The notes beneath the pieces are model-generated. The model was not told the origin of the DNA. It did no database searches and saw nothing but the letters and a program-made list of their open reading frames with translations. DNA of 64,000 nucleotides, taken from contig CM120648.1 in assembly GCA_051362555.1 (NCBI GenBank), positions 4,398,587-4,462,586 on the forward strand. Reading direction: 5' to 3'. The stretch comes from Lingula anatina. Its lineage: Eukaryota > Animalia > Brachiopoda. This document shows positions 55,190 to 64,000 of this stretch, in pieces. The translations under genes and the position numbers were made by a program. Positions within the stretch are counted from its first letter, which is position 1. Each line of letters opens with the position of its first letter.

Positions 55190-58059
55190 CGTTAACTATA
55201 CGCGTAATAGTAACACTGTGTAGTACTACTCAAATTGCTTAATGATCAGCAGTTTCTTTTACTTTTATATGTGCTAGTAGCATTGTACTTATTGTTATCA
55301 ATTTGTACAAGTTGTTTCTTTAAATCATTTGTATACAGATGGGTATGTAAGTGTATGTGCGCGTAGTGCATCTGCGTGTGCAGTTATGTTCGTGTGTGTG
55401 TGTGTGTGTGTGTGTGTGTCTGTTTGCGATCGCGAGCGTGTGTGAAAGAGAAATAAAGAGAGAGATTGAGGAAAGGTATTTGATCTAAAACACCAATATC
55501 GGGTACGTTACAGTGCGTAAACGTATAAGTTGTAGCTATGGAAATAGTTTTTCCTTTACAGATAAGAACATGGGTTTAGCTTAAAGTCACTACGTCACGC
55601 AAGCAACTACCGCGTGGGAAGGTGGTGGGCATTAATTTCATGGCCTATTAAGGTACACATTAACGGACTGAGATAGCGGTAAATGTCTACGATTAGCAGA
55701 ACCCAGCAGAATCTTTATATTAGATAATACATGTAGGTAGAAAGCAGTGGCACATCTCGTAGAAATGAAAAGGATTGTAGCTGGCAAAGCAAGATGACTA
55801 CTGTTACCCTTGCCGTGCACTGATATGAAACATAAGGGTTAAAAAATCCCTGTCAAACGTGTTATAGATATTTCTGTACGATGTCTAGTGACCGAGGAAA
55901 AATTAGATATGTTGTGTCTTTTTCATCTTTGTGTTAAAACAAGCGTAGAGACAGGACGTAAATGTTTTAGAGTTCGAAAAGGGATTAAGGGAGATGAAGC
56001 GAAATATTATTGTATTTATTATTTTCATAAAACCATTGGTCCATGTGAGTTAAAAATTTAGTGATGTAATTAATAAAGGTCAAGATTTAAATTTTTGATC
56101 AAACATCGTCAAGGTTAAATGTGCGTAAAAATAAACACCAATATCACAGAAAATAAGTTGTTTCGTCCAGTCTACAAATAGCAGGAGGAAAATTATAAGG
56201 AGTGTGACTTTTCACTAGAAGTGCGATATTGCACTTTGCTTAATAGAACAATGAAAAGAACAAAAAGAATCTTTGCTAAAATAATCTTATAATCTTTGCT
56301 AAAATACATATGCCAGACTAGTGTAAAAAACTTCACAATTAACTCTTAAATACACAATTACAGAATTAGCCAGAGAAATATCTGTGGATATATACATGCA
56401 TATCTAGTGAAAGATCAACCTGTAGCCCCAGAATTATCTATCCTTTTTGTATATAATCTCTTGCTAAATATCAGCATGCAATCTTCATGAGAATCGTTAA
56501 CCCGAAACGTTATTTCCCTATAAGATGTGTTATTATCCAAATATATGCATTTTGCAAAGAGTGATGTAATTTAGTTAAGATAATTTAGCGTGTAAAAGTT
56601 GAAATCTCAAAGAGTAAAATTATAGGTTTCACGTGGGCAAGTTTAAGTTTTACACAAATTCAACCTTGCTGTCGAGGAAAATGATTATAAAAGAAACGTG
56701 GAAGTGCGGGGTTTGCTGATCCAGTCATTATCATTATCATCATCATCAGATCTGCACCAGCACCTGTGGGTGACGGGAAGGGGGGGGGAGGGGGGGGGAG
56801 GAGGGGAGTGCTCTTCTTCCATAATCTTGTGTGGTCGAATTTGTCTGATTCATTGTGCCGTTTGAAAATTGGTTACACTTTGGTCTGCACTTAACTTGTG
56901 ATTTTCATTGAGAAGATTTTGCTTCACCCAGCCTCGTCTTGCGAAGGGAAGGGAAGTGGGTATGTGTGTATGTATGTGTGTGTGTGGGGGGGGGGAGGTG
57001 GAAGTCTAGTTAATGGAAAATACCAAAATAGTTACACGCTTGCGTTCATATGTGGAAGGTATTTAGTCTGGCAATCGAATTATTTTCGTCCTAAGACGTA
57101 ATCTGTCGACCAAACTGATTTAAATGGTTTTGTAAAGGCTGGGATTAAACGAATACAACATTACTTTTTTGCTGTTTTTCACTTAAAAACTCCTCTTCTC
57201 TCCGCCGTCATTTTTTGAATGGTAAGCGATGTCATAAATTGCAGGCAAGTGCCTTGACTTTATAATATCATTGCCTCAGAAAACTGCTCCAAAATGGCCT
57301 TCATAACCAGTTACGTGTATCTTCCCTGACAGGTGACTGATGACGTCATGTGGGAATGGCGTCAAATCAGGTTTTTATATTTGTCCTGCGTTTGAAGCTA
57401 GGCAGCCTCTTTATCATGTCGAGCTTGCTGTTTGCATCTTTGCGGTCTAATAAGATTGACAATTTAAAGAGACCACATTCGATCAGTTTTTAAACTATAC
57501 AAACTTTATATTTGAACTATATAGGGACAGTCGAATAATTACCAGTAAATGTCTAAAAACTTTTAAAAGTGAGGAAAACTGGATTTATCTTGATGTAAAA
57601 AAGGAAAAAAAACTTTGGATAAAGTTTAAAATAAAGTAGCATAATGACAGGCCCTTTTTTTTCAACCAGCTTTACCCCTGCCCTCCAATTTGTTCAGTTG
57701 CAATATTCATATATAATAAGAATTTCGGTCACCTAGTGAGGGCAGTCTGGATATTATTTTTCAGTATTTGAGTGGTTATTTTTAATACAAATTGGTAGGT
57801 AGCATTATCAGTAGGGACGTCTGGCCATTATCTTACGTCGCCCTTACGAGGTCGCCAGCAACTGCGGTTAACGTTATCTCATATCAACCGAACCGCAAAC
57901 AAAATGACACTTTTTTAGAAAGATGATGATATACATTTACACTTCGTGTGTAATCAACAGTTTCAAATGAAATAACGTTTTTTTTTCAACTATGAAAATG
58001 ACAAGACTTTTCTAAAATAAATGCTTATCACATTAGTTGCGTTATTTCCTTAAGGTGTC

Positions 58060-58163
58060 ATATATAACACAGCGTCACATCGGATAAGAAGGTCTCAGGC
58101 GTGTTTTGTGACTTTACTCAGTGCGACATCACAGGGTACTGGTATCCACGATTAAAATAAGAG
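58060..58163 (+). promoter_or_regulatory. Candidate core promoter and non-coding first exon of paralog D
   Basis: TATATAA at ~58061, TCAGT initiator-like motif at ~58118, donor GAG/GTAAGT at 58163; the next acceptor (tttcag, 58524) opens the ATG-containing exon. Confidence 0.4.
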
Positions 58164-58571
58164 GTAAGTTGTCACGTCTGTTTATTTCCAAGAAATAAGG
58201 GCACTTAACTTCATCAGGTAAGATAATGCACACGGAGAGAATAGGCTGTACACTAATTCTGCATAGGTAGCTCGCTGTTAATAAAAAAAACTCTCTAAAA
58301 GCCTATAGACACGTGGGGTGAAATTTAAAAGAAGGACTATAAAGCAGCTTCATCAAGAATACCTTTTTTTTGTTGTCGTTCAATAAACTTTTTAATTTAA
58401 GGATTTTTTACTCCTCGTTAAAACATGGAGGCAACATGGAGGTACAGGTCCGTATAAAGCACACCTGAAATTTGCGCTCAAAACGATGCAAGGTTTATCA
58501 TGGACTTTTTTTGTTTCTTTTCAGTTGTGGACATCGCTCGTGCTGCCCCCTGTCTGCTACACACAATCACA

Positions 58572-60020
58572 ATGAGGAGGTCAACAGTCCTGGGGATTCT
58601 TCTGATCATCGCTGGTCATCAGGTAGGGTAAAACACCACGTTTATTAACCTGATATGTCACACAAGTTATGTTGTAAAAATGAGAGCCTAATAACAAGCG
58701 GATCCAGTACAAGGCGCAGAGATCACGTGTCACGTGCCACTCGGAAGTTTGTGCATAAATTTTAATTTCATTCTGAAATTTTAGTTAACCGATGTCCGAC
58801 TGCAGGAATCCGCTTTTTGCTGTTATTCCCAAACCACCTACCCACTCCCCTTTTTTGTTAGCCATTAAAGGGATAATAACTCTTCGTTTTGGCCAAAAAA
58901 TGAATTTTCCTGGAGTAAACAACAATTTTTCCATACTTACCAATGGTTAATGAATCCATTTTTACATTCAAAGTTAGTCCCTGTTTTTTTTCTAAACAGT
59001 TTGGTTTTTTGTTAAAATCTCTTAAGAGATTATAACTGAGTACAGCCATCAATGGAGGTCACGTGATCTGAAGACAAGCTCAGATATCTGAATAATAGCT
59101 ATAACTGCCGTTTTTGTGGTAAAACAGAATATGTTATATTTTTATGTGTTGTTCACAATGTTTTTATTGTGAAATATAGATATCACACGAAGAGTTTTTA
59201 TCCCTTTAAAAACCTATTTCACTTCAAAATCTATTTCATTCTTGCGAACATGTATAACGAGGTTCTATAGAACAATATATTGTTAGATTTTGTGGGCAAG
59301 CAGGTTCTGAATCCTTCTTAATTTGGCTCCCTGAAGACTTCATAAATTACAATCACGCGCAAAGGTTTTGAACTTTTTCCTTACCTTGACCACTGGCATA
59401 TCTTTGTCAATGCATGCCTTGATGAACTCTTCCAATATGGCCGTCAAAACCACTTCTGTAAATCTATCCGAAACAAATGTATATATAACCAACACCACTT
59501 GAAAAAAGAAAATGCCAAATGTGCCACACAGGAGTTATAGAGGATGAAAAGCACTTTTTAATTACCTGTCCTCTGTATATTGAATCCAGAAAAGAACTCT
59601 TTCAAATAGTGCAAAGCGGCCATACATGCTTTACACATTTAAGCAACGAAGATAAATTCTCCTTCATAATGAACAACCCAAACGAGTCAGTTATAATATC
59701 CTTGGCCAAATTCCTTAACCTCGATTTTGGCAAAAGAAACTGTGCTAACTCTTCCACTTTGTGATGTCTATGGCTATAAATAATTTCTATAAATATGAAG
59801 GTTTGCTTCACATAGTAGAAAACAGGCTTGTGCATAATTAATATCTATGTCTTACTCATGTATACAATACTTGTAGTATGATGCAAGCATATAATCAGTG
59901 CTGTGAGCAGTTGACTCGGCATTAAGACCATACCTAGCTTATGATTATGAAATACTGAACATGTATGTATACTAATGGTACATTTCTATATATGTAATTT
60001 TGGTGCTATTTATCTATGTA

Positions 60021-60073
<53 letters not shown>

Positions 60074-60523
60074 GGCCTCTCATTACTATTGTTGCTATTA
60101 CTTTATCTCTGTACATTCTCAGTCTGGTGTAGAAAGTATGAATAAAGCACATAATATATACGGGAGTATCAAACTTAGATGAATTTTGTAAATAAGTGCT
60201 ATTATTACGTGAATGTGTATTGAGATGTAAACAAAAAGTGTCTTTCAAATTGTACATGTATAACAACTGAACACACACTAACACACAAACACACGATAAA
60301 AGGAAGAAAAAGTAATTGTAATGTCTGAATTTGATAAAGCGCATGGGTGGTCGCAGTGACAGTGACGTAGGCCTACGCTTTGGCGCGAATAAACATTTCA
60401 AATCAAGCAAAATGTTAAGTTGACCCAGGACGTACAGAGAAAGTATCAAATCTAAGTTAATTTAGTTTAAGTTTCTTTTAACATTGTATAACAACCATCG
60501 GGTTGCAATTTTACTGAATAAAC

Positions 60524-60566
<43 letters not shown>

Positions 60567-60747
60567 GATATGCTTTAAGCTTGCCTCATAAGATCACTTT
60601 GCACCTATCGCACTCGCCGGTTGTCACTCGATCGTTAGGTTGTCTTATTCACGTAAAATATTTGTGTTTTCATTTCTGTAACGTTCATATTCATTTTGTT
60701 TCAATAAAGTTGTAAATTTTCATCACTTGCTGGAATCATTTCCTTGC

Positions 60748-60823
<76 letters not shown>

Positions 60824-63809
60824 TATATCAATTAATTTTTCAACAGGTGTTGGTGTCTGATGCGCAGGCTGCACCATGTGAGTATTTAAGTGTGTGACGG
60901 TTATTTGAAATTCTGCCCTGTTTCACGCATTGTCATGTTGAACTACGTGTATGTAATGTAGTTTAGCGTGGGGTTGGTGTGGGGTTCGGGACCCAAAAAC
61001 TTTTGGTATTTTAGAGAGTGAACGGTTCCATTTGGTACGGTTTAGAACTACGATTACAGCTTGAATCAAAATTCTAATTTCAAGAGGGGACCATTGGCGT
61101 GATTTTTTTTCCCAGAAATCGAAGGGGGGGGGGGTCATTATCCCCCTCAATTCGCCACTGTAATGTCACTGTAATGTCATGTAATGTCATGCTCTCAGGC
61201 CCGTAGGTAGAGGATCTGCTCTGAACTAAACTTTTATCTAGGTTCAATGCCAATCATGAACCACATATACGTTTCTAGGCAAAAAAGAACTTTTTTCAGA
61301 AAAACGGACCTTTGTTAAATGAACTGTGCTATGTTGTATTATGCCATGATGTTATGCCATGTTATATATAATGTTTTGTTATATTATCTTATGTCACGTC
61401 ATGATTATATTAACAGATTCTAAAGAAAAAACACCGATATTTGGTTGTGTACCAGTCATTGATATTTCGTTCTTCGTTTCATTCTTCAGTTTTGTTTCAA
61501 GCATGCGACAACGCTCCACTTACGACAGCAGCGCCACCTATCTTCATAACAGGTCCAGCCAACTGCCCAGACGGCGTAACCGAGTGTGTGACCAACCCGT
61601 TCTTTATCAACTTCAATTCCAATGCGACAGGAGCGACACCTGCAAACTCAGCAGCCAGAGTTTGCCTGTGTCCCAGGACCCAGGTCCCAGTGTACCCGCT
61701 CGCAACTGCTGCTGGGGTCACTACGGTAGATCCGTCGTGCATTGACAGTAAGTTCACAAAACACAGTGTCTGAATTGGGAAATAAAATATAACAACTTTT
61801 GTTGTACGCAGTTTCAAAAAATTGTCATTTCCGTGGCTTAGTTGACTAGGATCAGGGAATTATATCGGATAGGCCTATAATTCCCTGCTAGGATTTATAA
61901 GAGTAACACTGTTTCTGATAGGTTAAAATGTGCACATGTGACAATGTAACGTTGCATGTACAGTTGGTAGCGAAACCGGGGCCAGGATTGAAATATGGAT
62001 GTTTGTTTTTTTTTCAAACGCGTGCATGATAGCTTTAATATAAATGTCAGCAATTGTAATATGCGGACAACATAGTGGGGAGCGGTGGGCTTTTAGTTTG
62101 GGGTCAAGATCCCGGAATCATGCCACTAGAGGGCACTGGTCACCCTGAGCTTCAGAGATAACTTGACACTAAACTCTTCACTATAGCCTATCTTCATCGT
62201 GTCAAGTTACCTCTGACCACATTCGATTGCCCCCGCCGCCCGCCAACCAAATTTAAAGCCCGCACTCAATGACTCATCGAACGATCTAGCCAATGAACGG
62301 GAACGAGTCAAAGCGCGCTTTGTTCAAATCCGGACCAATTAGAGATAAGGCTCAATATCAGGGACTTGCCGTAACCTGTGGGCAGCACGCAAAATACATC
62401 ATCCCTCAGTAGATAATGATGCAGGGCCTCAAACTGCTCTGGTTTCAATTCCGATATACTCATATTTTGCAAAGAATCAAGAGATAACTTAACACATTAT
62501 TTTAAGTAGTCACTCGTAGAAGACGCCATGCTTTCTTTGTGTACGGTTATGCACTCGGCACTACTCGGATGTCTCCGCACTCGACAATAACTTTGTTGTT
62601 AGTATGGAGCTTGCGGAATCAGCCGAGGATTACCGATTGACGGTCAACCAATCAGCGTTTTCACCAAACTTTGGTGAAAAATTTTGAAACTTGGATTCGA
62701 TTGGCTTATATAAACTAGGTCAAACTATTTTCGTCAGAGGTAACTTGACACGACGAAGATAGGCTATTGTGAAGAGGTTAGTGTCAAGTTATCTCTGAAG
62801 CTCAGGGTGGCACTGGTGGAATGTCCAGCTAATATCTGATGGCCCACTGGTAGCAAGCCGCATGGGTTTGGAGCCTGAAATCCTCGGCAAACGAGAACAG
62901 CCGGGTTTAAAATTTATTCCTGGCACCAGTTTCTCAAAAGAACCTGTAAGTTCTGGTGGCTTACATCTTTTGTTACCAACGTTACGTAGACACATGCACA
63001 CATCTTACCCTACCAGAAACAGCACTCTCATGGACATATGCACACATCCTAGTCAACTAACGGTTAAAATTTTCTGTGAAATGGGGCTCTAGTCTATTGG
63101 AATCTGTTTAATTTTGAAACGATTCCACCTTTCTTGGGGTGGAGAGGGTGTGGGTGTGAAGGGGGGGTCTTTTAAGGGAATTGTCATCAGGGTTGAGAAT
63201 CGTACGTTCCACGATTCTACGCTAATGCAAACCTCCTATTTCTAGACGTAGATTATTTCTTTGTGTCCGGCAAAGGTGCACGGGTTTGTCATAGAGGTTG
63301 ATCTAAGTAGCAGTTGTCCAAGGTGACATAGACGCCATTCAAAACATGTTGAAAAACCTCAACTTTTTTATCAAATAGTTGTCGGACTTCGATTGAATTT
63401 TAGTTAAAAATATTCTAGGAAGACCTCTTCGAAATGTGTGTATGTAATTAAGTAAATTATTGGTGAAGCAACCAGGAAAAAATATTGATTTTGCTTTATA
63501 AAGGTATGTCAGGATCCGTGTTCCCTCAATTAGAGGAAAACATAGTGACAGTAATGTCAATGAGGATCTTGATAATAATGAGAAAAGTGCTTATTTTGGT
63601 GATTCCGACTTGTATTATGGAAATGACAGAATCACATGTTTGTTTTTTCGGAAAATGCAAATTGTGGAAATTTTAGCCTTTTGACTGTTCCAGTTGCAGG
63701 AATGCCATGTGAGGTTCGAAACGATTGCGAGCTGCTAACCCAAGACTGCCTCGGTATTTCGCAGTGGATGGGAACTTTCATGTCTGACGCGCTCAGAGAG
63801 AAGTTGATT
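58572..63809 (+). CDS. Cluster paralog D (divergent, signal-peptide bearing); 3' exons lie beyond the right edge
   Basis: Exons 58572-58622 (MRRSTVLGILLIIAGHQ), 60847-60877 (VLVSDAQAAP), 61490-61747 (FLFQACDNAP...NCPDGVTECVTNPFFINF...RVCLCPRTQVP...PSCID), 63694-63809 (IAGMPCEVRNDCELLTQDCLGISQW...LREKLI). Same 6+3 Cys per exon and same intron phases as A-C; AQA-A signal cleavage pattern. Confidence 0.8.
58865..59209. mobile_element. Kolobok-like element, copy 3, inverted (intron of paralog D)
   Basis: Reverse complement of 11651-12000 with TTAA at both ends. Confidence 0.85.
59490..59764 (+). mobile_element. 3' remnant of a non-LTR retrotransposon (LINE) ORF2
   Basis: RKCQMCHTGVIEDEKHFLITCPLYIESRKELF is the CxxC...E..H....C zinc-knuckle tail typical of LINE ORF2 proteins; (ATT)n tracts follow at 60024-60072 and 60527-60565. 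Confidence 0.75.
62141..62809. mobile_element. Non-autonomous DNA transposon with ~77-bp TIRs and 8-bp TSD (hAT- or P-like), paralog D intron
   Basis: CACCCTGAGCTTCAGAGATAACTTGACACTAA...TTAGTGTCAAGTTATCTCTGAAGCTCAGGGTG with GCACTGGT duplicated at 62133-62140 and 62810-62817; no transposase ORF. Confidence 0.9.
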
Positions 63810-64000
63810 GTGCGTACATATTTCTTTCTCCCTCCCTTCTTTCTCCACCTGTCTGTCTTTTTATTAAATGGATTTCCTTGTTTATTTTAAGTAGGCCTAA
63901 AACAAAAATCTGCAAAACCATTTCGGTACCACTATGCTGCAGTCAATTAGATGAATTATAACTAGACATTTCTGATCTCTCTCTCTCTGACACATTTTCC

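Noticed and set aside
60006-60449. 147-aa ORF with poly-Ile, and similar IY/VC/ER repeat ORFs at 22081-22372, 15611-15856 and 38579-38857
   Set aside because: Products of (ATT)n, (TA)n, (TG)n and (GA)n microsatellites; real coding parts are only the short exons listed in features.

Overview
AT-rich, intron-rich animal genomic DNA, probably a marine invertebrate; an echinoderm- or hemichordate-like deuterostome is an inference from gene and repeat style only. The left third holds three housekeeping genes: the 5' part of an SLC2A/GLUT sugar transporter (- strand), a complete POLR2D/RPB4 (+) and a complete DDOST/OST48 (-). Next is a gene with four EGF exons, three of them recent exon+intron duplicates, fused to an unrecognised ~150-aa Cys-rich C-terminal domain. 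The right half (~27-64 kb) is a cluster of four paralogous genes (A +, B -, C +, D + and running off the window) that the ORF track only fragments. Hand splicing gives intact 242-, 259- and 307-aa proteins for A-C. All three share a 12-Cys N-terminal domain, a Gly-rich G-R-K-[K/R]-R processing/amidation-type site, an acidic spacer and a C-terminal two-Cys peptide, i.e. a prohormone- or protoxin-like layout. Only D has a classical signal peptide. A-C start with short Pro-rich exons behind in-frame stops and carry an internal Phe-rich patch instead. Many non-autonomous DNA transposons (Kolobok-, PIF/Harbinger-, MULE-, hAT/P- and Helentron-like), a LINE tail and microsatellites are interspersed. 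All exon models were read by eye from GT-AG sites and frame continuity, without transcript or database evidence.
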